A stretch of DNA of 64,000 bases from Cetorhinus maximus. Its lineage: Eukaryota. The notes beneath the pieces were generated by a model. The model was not told the origin of the DNA. It worked only from the letters and a program-made list of their open reading frames with translations, and ran no database searches. This document shows, piece after piece, positions 47,405-59,339 of the stretch (within the stretch, counting starts at the first letter, position 1; each line of letters begins with the position of its first letter). Location of the stretch: positions 30,194,001 through 30,258,000 of the forward strand of contig NC_135903.1 in assembly GCF_964194155.1 (NCBI RefSeq), written 5' to 3'. A program made the position numbers and the translations under genes.

Positions 47405-50400
47405 AAGAATCATCCCAGGTTTGCACTAAGTGCGGTAGCGGGCTGGAAAAACGGCGTTTTGCCCGCTGGCTGCAATGGCGGCTTCTCACGCCATATTGTC
47501 CCAAACCCGCTGTATTAATTAAGTAATCCCAGGAAACACGCTGTTTCCATGGCGGATGAGCTCTCATTCGGCCGATATGCCACCACCTTGCTGCTTCATC
47601 ACACTTGGCACCATATTTAAAGTGCAGCCGCACACACTGCTCAGTGCTTCCAGCCCACGATTGCTGAACAGAAGACATGGCCCCAAAAGACAAAAAAACT
47701 GCAGCCCCCAGGTTCAATAACGCGTCCCTCAAGCAACTTTTGGATGCAGTGGAGGCTCGCCATGATGTCCTCTACCCCCACTCCGGCCGCATGACAAGCA
47801 GCAACCTCACTAATCTGGCGTGGGAGGCGGTGGCAGCAATGGTCAGTGCTAACGCCCTGCAAACGAGGACAGCCACCCAGTGCCACAAGAGGATGAAGGG
47901 TCTCTTTCATTCCGCCAGGATAAGTCACTCTTCTCATCACTCTCAACTCACACATTCACAAACCCATCACAGATCCACAGGGATCTCACTCACTGCTAAT
48001 TCAAGGGACATCACCATTCACTCTCTCACACACAACTTCATTGCCCTCATCCTGTCCATGACACGACTCACCACCCAAAATGCCAGGCATACTTATTATT
48101 CAGCGTGGCAGGCATCCTGCTTACACTCTCCATCTCTATTCATGCAGGATAAGTTGGCACACAACAAGAGGGAGAGGTCGCAGACTGGTGGAGAAATGCC
48201 TGAAATCAGGGTCCTCATGTACTTTGAAAACAGAGCCATCCAGCTGGCTGGCGAGGATCTGGACCGGTCCTGTGCTGACGGTGAGGTCGGCGCTGCTCTA
48301 CCAAGTGAGGATCCAGCAGTGCAACATCCATCAGACAACCATGCTGTGAGTGATGTGTCCTGTTTCACAGACCACTGGCATGCACTAATGACCTTTCTTT
48401 GCTTTCGCAGCCACACCTGAGAAACAGCCGACAAAGTCCACAAACCAGGGCCTCCAATCGAGCCCCGAAGGAACCACTGAAGAGGAATCTGAAGGCACCT
48501 TCATTGAGGACCTGTCACAGCGCTCACCCACGCCTTCCACCAGTCAGAGGCACACACTTCGGTGGGATCTAGCTTTAGCGCAGCCTCAGAATCACAATCT
48601 GGTGAGCACATCGCACTTCCTGATCCACAGCAGGCAGCAGCAGGTACCTCCCTGGCATCTGGCACTCGGAGGACTGCTGGAGGACAGAAATTTACTGAGT
48701 CTGAGTCCGATGACAAGCCTCGGGACTTGGCCATGTCACAGTTGCTGGAGCTGCAAAGGCAAGTTCAGAAACATCAGGAAGGGATGTCCGCTGCACTCCT
48801 CAGATTGCAAGGCACAATGGAGGAAACATAGAAACATAGAAACTAGGAGCAGGAGTAGGTCATTCGGCCCTTCGAGCCTGCTCCACCATTCAATATGATC
48901 ATGGCTGATCCTCTATCTCAATGCCATACTCCCACTCTCTCCCCATACCCCTCGACTCCTTTAGAGTCTTGAAATCTATCTATGTCCTTCTTAAATATAT
49001 TCAGTGACTTGGCCTCCACAGCCTCCTGTGGTAGAGAATTTCACAGGCTCACCACCCTCTGAATGAAGACGTTTCTCCTCATCTCAGCCCTAAATGGCCT
49101 ACCCCATATCCTGAGATTATGACTCCTTGTTCTAGACACCCCAGCCAGAGGAAACATCATCCCTGCATCCAGTCTGTGCAGCCCTGTCAGAATTTTATAT
49201 GTTTCAGTGAGATCCCCTCTCATTCTTCTAAACTCCAGTGAATACAGACCTAGTTGGCCCAGTCTCTCCTCATGCGAAAATCCTGCCAAGCCAGGAATCA
49301 GTCTGCTGAGCCTTCGCCACACTCTTTCTATGGAAAGTATATCCTTTCTTAGGTAAGGAGACCAAAACTGCACACAATAGTCCAGGTGTGGTCTCATCAT
49401 GGCCTTGTACAGCTGCAGTAAGACATCCTTGCCCCTGTACTCAAGCCCTCTTGCAATTTAGGCCAACATACCACTTGCCTTCGTAACCGCTTGCTGCACC
49501 TGCACGCTTGCTTTCAGTGATTGGTGTACAAGGACACCCAGGTCCCCTTGAATGTCAACATTTCCCAATCTATCACCATTTAAATAATGCTGTGCCATTT
49601 GGTTTTTCTTACCAAAGTGGATAACTTAACACTTATCCACATTATACTGCACCTGCCTTGTATTTTCACACTCACTCAACCTGTCTAAATTGCCTTGAAG
49701 CCCCTTACCATTCTCCTCACCACTCACATTCCTACCCAGTTTTGTGTCATCAGCAAACTTGGAAATATTACATTTGGTTCCCTAATCCAAATCATTAATA
49801 TATATAGTGAATAGCTGGGGCCCAAGCACATTTCCCTGTGGTACCCCACTAGTTACCGCCTGCCTTTCCAAAAAAGACCCATTTATTCCTACTGTTTGTT
49901 TCCTGCCTGCTAACCAATTCTCAATCCATTCCAATATATTACTCCCAACCCCATGTGTTTTAATTTTTCACACTAACCTCTTATGTGGGACTTTATCGAA
50001 AGCTTTCTGAAAATCCAAATACACCACATTCACTGGTTCTCCCTTACCTATTCTGCTAGTTACCTCTTCAAAAAGCTCCAGTAGGTTTGTCAAACATGAT
50101 TTCTCTTTCATAAACCCATGTTGACTTTGTCTAATCCCATTGATATTTTCTAAGTGTTCTGTTATCACATCCTTTATAATAGACTCTAGCATTTTCCCTA
50201 CCACTGATGTTAGGCTAACTGGTCTGTAATTCCGTTTTTTCCCTCCCCATTTTTTTAAATAGCGGGGTTACATTTGCCATTGCCCAATCTGCTGGGACTA
50301 TTCCAGAATTTACAGAGTTTTGGAAGATAACAACCAACACATTCAATTTCCATGGCAACCTCCTTTAGTACCCTAGGATATAGATTATCAGGCCCTGGAG

Positions 50401-52072
50401 ATTTATCAGCTTTCAATCCCATTAATTTCTCCAGCACTTTTTTTTTAGTAATATTAATTCCCTTCAATTCCTCCTTCTCACTAGACCCTTGATTCCCCAG
50501 TGTTTCTGGGGAGTTATTTGTGTCTTCCTCCGTGAAGAAAGAACTAAAGTAGTTATTGAATTGCTCTGCCATTTCCTTGTTCTCTATTATAAATTCTCCC
50601 ATTTTGGACTGTAAGGGACCTACATTTGTCTTCACCAATCTTTTTCTTCTTCCATACTTGTAGAAGCTTTTGCAGTCCTCTTTTATGTTCCTTGGAAGTT
50701 TACTCTCATACTCTACTTCTCCCCTCTTAATCAATCACTCGGTCCTTCTTTGCTGAATTCTAAACTGCTCCCAATCCTCAGGCTTGCTACTTTTTCTAGC
50801 AACTTTATATGACTCCTCTTTGAATCTAATACTATCCTTAATTTCTATTGTTAGCCATGGCTGGGGTCACTTTTGTGGTTGTGTTTCTGCACCAGTTGCA
50901 ATGCATACATTCATTCTTTAAATATTAGCCATTGCCTATCCACTATCGTGCCTTTTAATGAAGTTCCCCAATACAACTTAGCCAACTCATGACTCATACC
51001 ATCGTAGTTTCCTTTGTTTAGATTTAAGACCTTAGTTTTGGATTGACTACTAGTATTTGGACTACTTCACTTTCCAACCTAAGGAAAAAGTCTATCATGT
51101 TATAGTCACTGTTCCCTAAAGGACCCCACACAACAAGTTTACTAATTAACCCCTTCTCATTGCACAAAACCAAATCTAGGATAGCCTGTTCCCTAGTTAG
51201 TTCCTCTACGTACTGGTCTAAAAACCACCTCGTACACACTCCAGGAATTCATCTGCCACAGCATTATTGCTAATTTGGTTTGCAAATGTAGATTAAAGTC
51301 ACCCATGATTATTATAGCACCCTTGTTACACGCATCTCTATTTTCCTGTTTAATGTCATCTCTTACCTTACCGCTACTGTTTGGAGGCCTACAGACAGCT
51401 CCCACTAATGTTATTTGGCCCTTGTTGCTTCCTAGTTCCACCCAGACTGACTCTGCATCTAGATTTTCTGAGCCAATATCCTCTCTCACTATTGCACTGA
51501 TTTCATCCTTAACTAACAATGCCACACCATCTCCTTTTGGTCCTTCTTAAATATAGAATACTCTTGGATATTCAGTTCCCAGCCTTGGTCATCCTGCAGC
51601 CATGTCTCTGGAATCACAATCATATCATACCCATTTACACCTATTTGTGCTGTTAATTCATCTACCTTATTGCGAATGCTCCATGCATTCAGATAGTGCC
51701 TTTAAATGTCTTTTTACACATCTTTTTTAAAAAGACGAGTCTAAAGGCACTGTATCTGAATGCACAGAGCATGCGCAATAATGAGGAGCTGGTCCACCTT
51801 CAGTTTGTGGTGATAGCGCTGGCATGCCAACGCCATCGAGGTCAACACTGGTAGGACGGCAGCTGCCATGGAGACCTTGGTCCAGGATGTCGACCCTGCA
51901 CTGCTGCATGGGCTGAACTCCATCACTGATGCCATAGTTGGCCTCCAACAGTGGGTACAAGAGAGGGGTGTGGGGCAGCTCGACAGATTCCCCTTCTCCT
52001 CAAGGAATCAGCCAGGGGCTCTTGGGCACCCATAGGGAGGAGGATCAGCATGGGCCATCCACCCAGGCATTA
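47405..52072 (+). mobile_element. Harbinger fragment with a Myb/SANT gene, interrupted by CR1 at 48825-51779
   Basis: MAPKDKKTAAPRFNNASLKQLLDAVEARHDVLYP..AWEAVAAMVSANALQTRTATQCHKRM. First donor mutated (ATAAGT). Exon 2 DKLAHNKRERSQTGG. Coding-like sequence resumes after 51780. Confidence 0.85.
48825..51779 (-). mobile_element. CR1 LINE covering most of ORF2 (endonuclease + RT), decayed
   Basis: VALLVK, ESVWVEL, CRPPNS, MGDFN, AILDLVL, KSPGPD, YLDFQKAFDKVPH, RPHLDYCVQFWSP. (GAAACATA)n tail at the left; TSD AATG(G)AGGA at 48816-48824 and 51780-51787. Confidence 0.96.
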
Positions 52073-52074
52073 TT

Positions 52075-53251
52075 CCTGCTTTGCAGGTTTTTTCCTTCAC
52101 ACCATGAGCATTTCAAGATGGCAGTTGGCGTGCTTTTCCCTGTTTTTTGAGGGCTTATGTTTTGGTGCACTTTCTCTCTCCTGGCCTACACATTGAATGA
52201 CCTCAGTCATTTGCTTCCAAGGGACTTCACTTTCCTCGCAAACAAACACTATTTTGCTTTCTGAGCTCGGTTTGCCTCACAATTTGTACAGCACTTAGTT
52301 AGCATTGGTCCTCTCTCATTTGCAAGAGATCTTATAGAGCTTCATCTGGGACCCCAACTACTATGCAATCACGAATCAATTCATCCCTCAATATTCCATT
52401 GTCGCAATTTTCTGCCTGTCTGTATAGGTCATTGATGAACAAATCCATGTTTTCACCTGGTCTTTGTTTGGCTTGTTAAATTTTGCCCATTTTATATTTA
52501 AATTTTTGTGAATGCTGAAATAAGAGTCAAATGTCTTTAGGACCTTAATGTAAGACCATGAAGCCTCATTGATTCCCTGTCTCGCTATTACGTCATTGGC
52601 GATAGCTCCATTGCATAGAGGAAAGTTGATCCTTTTGTTCCTTTTGTTCCAAGAAGCGGCTCTATACCTGGAAAAACTCTTGCTCTTGTTGTCCCAGTGC
52701 TGAAGTTGTTGCAACCCTTCAGTGCTTCGGAAAGGTTCCGGTATTGGCAGCGTAGATTCCATGCTTGTACCAAGCTCTGTACTTGTTGCTACTTCACTGA
52801 TGATGCTTGTTGACTCTGGTATGTGCTCACTACTGTTCGGACTCCGGATCTGTGTCTCAGCATGCACCTGCTGCACCCACAATGCTCCGACTTTATGGTG
52901 AATCTTCAATCTGCTCCTTTCATCCTTCTTTCAAGGATCTGTATGCTTGTCAGGTCTGTAGTCTTTTCTAGGAGTTTTCTGGGTCTTTTACTCACTGTCA
53001 GCTGCCACCACATTTCATCATGTATTCGGGGTCCAGATGGGAGTCTTTGGGGTTTGTCTATTTTCCTTCATTAAGCTACTCAAGATTGTAGTTAGTTAAA
53101 ACTATTATTATTTATTTACAGCCCTATGTACATCTTAGGAACTCTGCATGAGGTTGGACTTCTCTCTTCAGGTCTCGTTACTTAGTCATGTGTCATTACA
53201 TCATAGTTACATCAGCATCATGTGCTTCTGATGTTAACCCTTTACTCTACA
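52075..53251 (-). mobile_element. Truncated Gypsy element: LTR (53087-53251) plus gag remnant
   Basis: LTR TGTAG...CTACA, with TTAACCCTTTACTCTACA being the reverse complement of the 38116 LTR start. gag LRDELIRDCIVVGVPDEAL and VLKTFDSYF..KNLNIKWAKFN. Confidence 0.85.
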
Positions 53252-54039
53252 AAACCTGATTGATGGAGAAGGGTAATCAATGATCTCTAAGAGGCCCCAC
53301 CAGAACTCATGTCAGCTCTCAGCTGGCAATACTATCTTTGAGGCTCAACAAAGGTGAAACATTCAGAAATTCCAGGGTGGCTTTGAAGCTCCTCCAGTCA
53401 TGTCTCCTTGTTCAGTGTCCCCTCCTCTCTCCCAAATTTTTTTACCCTTCTTAATTGAGGCGGATCCAAGTGTAATCAGATCCCTTCCCAAATTCCTGCC
53501 CGCCTGCCCGTCAACATCTCTGGACGAAATTAACCTTTCCACTTACGTTGGCCTCAGAAATTTTGGAGATAATATATAACGTTGCAAAAACTCATTTTGT
53601 GATTAGCCTACGGGAGGCAAAGTTTGCACCATTCCAAAGTTGAAGTTTATTTTTGCATTACCGTATCCAAGCAATTTTTCGACTAAGAACAATTTTGATG
53701 GAAGTGATGTGTCTGGTTGCTGGGCGTGATACCCTCCTGGTGCCTGTGGACATCTTGATATTTTTACCTTTGGTCACTAATGTGTCATCTAATCACTGAT
53801 TCTCATATTCTCTCTTTGGCAGCCTAAACCATATGATTTAGTCCTTCATGTAAGCTGCTCAATATTAAAAATATTCAAACCTGAAAATAACAGTAGCCTT
53901 ATAGAGAATGGTGTGCACCAGCATGTTTCTTTGTTTATATATTTTCATTGTTTAGATTTTATGTTACAGATCACAACACAGGGCAATGCAAGTTTAAGGA
54001 TGTTTTTGCAAAACCTCTGAGGTCAGTTAGTATCTTTGA

Positions 54040-55080
54040 AGAGAATCGATGTGATCACGATTCATATGTGCCAATCTCTTGGAAGTCTCACCTTCAGCTG
54101 CACTCCTGCTGCCAGCCTTCACCACAGTGTGGAAGCAACTTGTTCAGCCCCACCTTGCACCTCTGAAGAGGAACAAGTGGCTTCTCCTCAGCCACACGCC
54201 GTTCCACAGCTCAGCAGAGATGGACACAAAGGTCCGCTCCAAGGAGGGGGCCCTCAACACAGGATCCACAGGCAGAGGATCAGCTCCCTCGACAGGCGAG
54301 AGCACCAGTGTCTCAGGGGACTCAGAATTTCGTAGCATTTCGTTACTGACGTCTACAGCCTCCTGGAACAAAACCGCCTTCCCAGTGGGCCAGGTGGGGC
54401 ATGCAATTCCACTGGCTATCAAGGTGGCTGTCATTGCAGGGGCATCTGCTCCCCCTCCCCATTCCCCCCCCCACCTGCCACCAGTCTCTGTTATTATTGG
54501 CTGCTCAGGTGGGGATGTGAGGTGCCTGGAGAGAGAGGGATGAATGGAGATGTCAGGTGTGTTGCCCTGAGGAGTGCTGTGCTGAAGAACGCCGGGCAAG
54601 TCCGAATATGGGGCTTGGCATCTGAAAGTGTGATGCCACTTACCCTTCCCGCCCTCCTGAGGAACCTCTTAGTGCACTGCCTCAGGCTGGATGGCCAACA
54701 TTTCTGCTGCTGACTCCCTTGGCCGCTTCCATCCACCCCTGCATGGTTGGAGAAGCTGTACTTTTCCTCCCATCCTGGGCAAACATCACCTCCCTGCAGT
54801 CCATCCAGATAAGAGTGAGAGACCTGGGGAACAGACTTCTCAGTTCTCCATTTCTGCATTTGCTGCAGCCTCAAAGATCCACAAGCAGTCAAGCCATTCC
54901 GACCCATGCTGCCGTTCCTTGAATAAGAAATGATCGGGGAACCCTGAAGCAGAATGCTAATGCTGCCGCTCAGCTAAAGAGCACAGCAAAGCACGCTGGA
55001 GATTTCAACTGGGTGGGTTACTTAGGTAGGTGGGTGGAGTTATGGATGGGTAAACTGAAGTCTGAATTTCCCAACAAACT
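54040..55080 (-). mobile_element. Decayed Harbinger Myb/SANT gene region
   Basis: Minus-strand remnants (..QDGRKS....QGWMEAAKGVSSRN) resemble exon 1 at 23335-23610; composition is similar to 26810-27750. Confidence 0.55.
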
Positions 55081-56025
55081 GTAGAATTTTAACTCCACAG
55101 CATGGGTTGTTTAGCCCTGACAGGTTTCCCATCTGGAGTCAGTCTGATTGACAGGCCACAGGGCGATTGCCAACCTCAGGTGTAGGATCCAATACGCGGG
55201 TGGGTTACTCAATCCCTAACCCCATTGGGGAGAGGGTGTATGATCCCTGATCTTGGGGGTTTTGTATGGGGGAAGTCAATGCAGGAGGGGAGCTTTAGGG
55301 GGAAAGGGGATACAGTGTAGCGAATCACTGTTGCTCCTTCTGGCCCATAAGCAGTGCTGTAAATGCACCTGCCTTCTCCCCTAATCTGTCATTTCTTTAA
55401 GACTTGGGAAACCTCATTAACATATTTAACATACCAGTCCACCTCCTCGGCATGTGTTGACTGCCCTCCACTTGTCCCACCTCTGTAAGACCCGGAAGTC
55501 AGCTGGGTGCGAGTCGGCTTTCATTTTTCCCGATTTAACCCCCGCACCCGCACCTAAACCTATCTGCTCACCTATTTAAAATGTCCCCCATAGAGAAGTC
55601 ATCTTTCCTCTGTTGCAAGATGTATTTTTTCCAAGACTGCGGTATAAACATGTTAAAAATTGAATCAAGAAAAGTGGTTTCTATAAAGAAATAATATTGT
55701 AGTGCTACAGAACTTAATATCAAGTGGGGCATATGACAGGCAGCCAATGCAATGCCCCATTTTGCAGTTACCCTTGATGAAGTTTGATCTGATGGGCTCA
55801 TGAGACTTTGCTTGAAAGCTCAGGGTGTTGGAGGGGGATTTCCCAGAGACTTTTCCAAGTTGGTTGCAAGCTTTCTCTTCATTCTGCTTTCTGTATCCAG
55901 GAGAAGAAGTGGTTAGGGGCTCTGTCACTGTTGTGCTACGTCAGTGATGTGTACAGTTTGCACCATCTTTGAACAAGATAGGCCTCCCCACCCTTTCTTT
56001 TTGGGTGCTGGAAAGAGAGACATGT

Positions 56026-56059
56026 TGCCGAAGCTTTTCATCTTGCACTCATCAGGACA
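56026..56059 (-). ncRNA. Minimal hammerhead ribozyme motif (family B)
   Basis: Minus strand TGTC-CTGATGA-GTgcaagAT-GAAA-AGC-TTC-GGCA: canonical core, palindromic AAGCTT helix III, helix I TGTC/GGCA. Confidence 0.78.
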
Positions 56060-56465
56060 AATGCAAGAATTCCAAATTTCAAATGATCATAACAACTTCT
56101 ATTACAGGAGAAAAGGGTGCTGATTGGTTGGCAAGTCAACTCTGGCTGAGGCATTGCCATGGAGAATGAGCCACATTACAAACCTGACTGATTATCTCAA
56201 ATTGGTTATTTGTGTAGCTATTCGCGCTCTCATTTACACTTGCTAGAAGCAACATACATTCCTGCACAGGGATCCATTCTCTGCAAACAAAAGGAATATC
56301 TTCATGCCTTGCACTTTTTTTGAATCACCAGGGAGCCTGGGGAGCCTAAAGTTTCCATTTGCTTCCTCCATGGCAATCTCTTGGCAAATCAGAGTCGCTT
56401 TGCCAACCAGCCAGCACCTTTTCTCCTGTAATATACATGGCTGTAAAATTTGGTATTCTTGCATT

Positions 56466-56499
56466 TGTCCTGATGAGTGCAAGATGAAAAGCTTCCAAA
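56466..56499 (+). ncRNA. Minimal hammerhead ribozyme motif (family B), helix I disrupted
   Basis: TGTC-CTGATGA-GTGCAAGAT-GAAA-AGC-TTC-CAAA. Confidence 0.68.
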
Positions 56500-56805
56500 A
56501 CACGTCTCTCTCTTCTGCAATATTCAAGTTCTACACCACCGAGCAAATGTTGACATGTCTTTTATAAAACTAATTGTAATTGAAGAATCCATAGTTGCGG
56601 TAAACTATCTTTGGTGAAAATATCATTAAAAATTTCAACTTTTATTATATTAAAGGGCCATTGCTGTTCCTGTATGATAAGGGTCATCAACTTTACAATT
56701 GCTGAAGGCAAAACTCAGCCAGAGTGAGATTTTATGGCAGCAAGAAAAAGCAATGAAACAGATCTAAACCGTGGCCAAATAGTTAAGTGCAACAGAGTGC
56801 AATGG

Positions 56806-57425
56806 AGTGCAAACTGGAGGAACAGCACCTCATCTTCCGACTAGGCACTTTACAGCCTTCCGGGCTGAATATTGAATTCAACAACTTCAGATCTTAAACT
56901 CCCCCTCCCCCCATCCCCACCCCGTTTCTTCTCCCACCCCCCCCACACCCCCCCCCCCACCCGCTTTTTTTTTCAATATTTATATAGATTCTTCTTTCCC
57001 CACCTATTTCCATTATTTTTAAATCTAAAACTAAAACCTTGTTAGCCTTTCCACCCCACCCCCACTAGAGCTGTACTTTGAATATCCTGTCTTCCATTCT
57101 TAATTAGCACTTTTCTCAGACAAAACACCTCTTTGACCCTTTTGTCTGTGACATCTTTTGATTATCTGCTCATCTCCACAATCACCACACCCTCAATGTC
57201 TCTCTCTCCCCCCACACACCCCCCCCCCAACCCACCTTAAACCAATTTATATTTCTCCCTTCTTCTAACTATGCTTCAGTTCTGCCGAAGGGCCATGAAG
57301 GCTCGAAACGTTAACTGATTTCTTCTCCGCCGATGCTGCCAGACCTGCTGAGTTTTTCCAGGTAATTCTGTTTTTGTTTTGGATTTCCAGCATCCGCAGG
57401 AGCTTTTAGCTTTTTGTTTTTATAC
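56806..57425 (+). mobile_element. Solo Penelope family A pLTR with an 8-bp TSD
   Basis: Encodes CKLEEQHLIFRLGTLQPSGLNIEFNNFRS*; homologous to 1651-2253; TSD TGCAATGG at 56798-56805 and 57426-57433. Confidence 0.92.
57276..57318 (+). ncRNA. Minimal hammerhead ribozyme motif (variant core CUGCCGA)
   Basis: TCAGTT-CTGCCGA-A-GGGCC-atgaa-GGCTC-GAAA-C-GTT-AACTGA, with a 6-bp helix I. Confidence 0.72.
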
Positions 57426-58857
57426 TGCAATGGTTAGAGCTGAACTTACTTTTAATGGTGAGATACTGTGGTGTGAACCTTGTCGAAAGTAAAGGGTGAA
57501 ATATCTGGCACAAAAACAGAGATATAACCAGAAGGTCATGGATTTTTTTTTAAACTAATTTTTCCTTGGATAGTTTGGCAGAAGGCAACGGCTGATTAAT
57601 CTTGTGCTTTTTCTAATGTAGTGCCTTCTCAGACAGGGAACCTGGTTTTGCATGGAAATGAATACAATGAGGAGCATTAGGCCATGGGAATCTAGTGATA
57701 GCATCCCCCTGTCTAGCCACAGCCAACTACTAGCAAGGTTTCAAGTACACACTAAATCAAGCAGGCTTGCCTAAAGCTAGGAAGTTTGCTGCTGACAGTT
57801 AACCTTTTACTTTACCTACAGGAGAGATGCAAGGGAAAGGGACAATTGCTCATGGAAGGCCACCTAAGCCAATCAGTTTATTGTTTACACCTGCAAATTT
57901 AAAAACGATGCCCAGACTCCTTATTATTTTGAGAATGCGACCGGAACCTTGTGCTGCTACCAGGAGCAGGAAACGAGGCAGGCGGGCACCCTTAATCGTA
58001 CGGGAGGTAAAATGTCAGGTTCTTGACTGTAGGATGAAAGTAGGGAATTGCAGTTGTGGCCGATTGAAGGCGGATCACGCTACCTGACAGAAAGCGGTAG
58101 GAATCTATTTTCAACGTATTAGCATGTCATGCATTCTCATTAAAACACCATTGTGTCAGATTAAATGATATATTTGCAACTCTGCAGCAAATGAGAAACA
58201 CGTGCCTTCAGATCCTTGACTGGTTAAAGGTGGCGTGCGGTAAGCGAGGTCATCTTCCTGGTGGGATTTGGAATGAGTAGGAGCTGTTTATTTTTTCATG
58301 GGAAGCTTTGTTGGACCCCGGGGGAGAAGGGATTGATGCACTGAGATCAGGTGGACACAGTGCAAGGGGAACAGGGCGTGGCTGACAAAGGAAAGGTGAG
58401 GAGGGAGTTAGGCAGGTTGCTGGCTGTGCAATGGTGATTTGGGGCATGGTGATTGAGAGAAGGAGGGAGATTCATGGCAAACCTACAAGGGCTCATGGGG
58501 GGACAGAGGGAGGAAGCTGGACTACACAGGGAAGTTCAATATCGACAGAGTGGAGGTCAAGCATGATTGTGGGGAGATCAAGGCTCATAGATGGAAAGCC
58601 AATGGTGAGGTTCTGAGAGTCAAAGGTAACAAAATTAAAGGTGATGGAGAAAGGTTTGTTAGTGACATGATAGGTCAAGAGTAATGCGAGGTGCATATCG
58701 ATGGTGATGGTGGGGGCAGCTCCAGAGTGAATGAAAGTTGAGCTAGGGTGATGGTGGGTAGCTCGAAAGTCAACAAAGGCAGGGCAAAGGTGATGGAGTC
58801 AGGGTCAAGGCTGATGGAGGGAAGGTTAAAGGTGTCTGAGGGATGGTGCAGAGTGAT

Positions 58858-59190
58858 GGCGGTGGCAATAGTGGCATTGCTGCTGGGCTAGTATTCCAGA
58901 GACCCAGGGTAATGCTCTGGAGACCCAGGTTCCCACAGCATTATGGTGAAATTTGAATTCAATAAAAATCTGGAACTTAAAGTCTGATGATGACCATGAA
59001 ATCATTGTTGACTGTTATAAAACCCCATCAGGCTCACTAATGTCCTTTAGGGAAGGAAATCTGCCGTCCTTACCTGGTGTGGCCTACAGCAGTGTGGTTG
59101 ACTCTTAAATGCTCTCTGAACAAGAGCAAAGGGCAATAAATGTTGGGCTAGCCAGCGACACCCACATCCCCTGAACGAATAACAAAATAA
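58858..59190 (+). mobile_element. HE1-type SINE
   Basis: tRNA-like head, TGGTGAAATTTGAATTCAATAAAAATCTGGAA body, and HER1-shared tail GGGCAATAAATG..GCCAGCGACACCCACATCCC. Confidence 0.9.
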
Positions 59191-59339
59191 GCTCCAGGGT
59201 CAATGTGAGGGTGTCCGGGGACAGAGCTGCAACAAGACAGAGGTCTCTGGATGAGGATGGAGATGTCCATGTAGAGTGGGTAGAGACCAGGGTGTGGCCA
59301 ATGCAAAGTTCTCAGGCCAAGAGGGAAGGCTGACTGGTG

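Larger units (their letters stand above)
56007..56520 (+). mobile_element. Penelope-like family B remnant: GIY-YIG C-terminus plus pLTR, with an inverted pLTR copy on the left
   Basis: 56231-56323 translates to HLHLLEATYIPAQGSILCKQKEYLHALHFF*. Arms ~56007-56165 and ~56365-56518 are inverted repeats. Confidence 0.85.

Noticed and set aside
47677-48420. 247-aa ORF as a host MSANTD/NAIF1-like gene
   Set aside because: The ORF reads through a mutated splice donor into intron, a similar copy lies at 22059-22330, and the gene is interrupted by CR1.
57822-58006. Possible 185-nt exon (TTTACCTACAG ... GAG|GTAAAA)
   Set aside because: One frame is open but the peptide is unrecognisable, and the sequence grades into Harbinger-like terminal sequence. 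Insufficient support.
58250-58857. Purine-rich stretch with recurring GGTGATGG motifs as a tandem array
   Set aside because: No consistent period; looks like low-complexity internal sequence of the neighbouring Harbinger.
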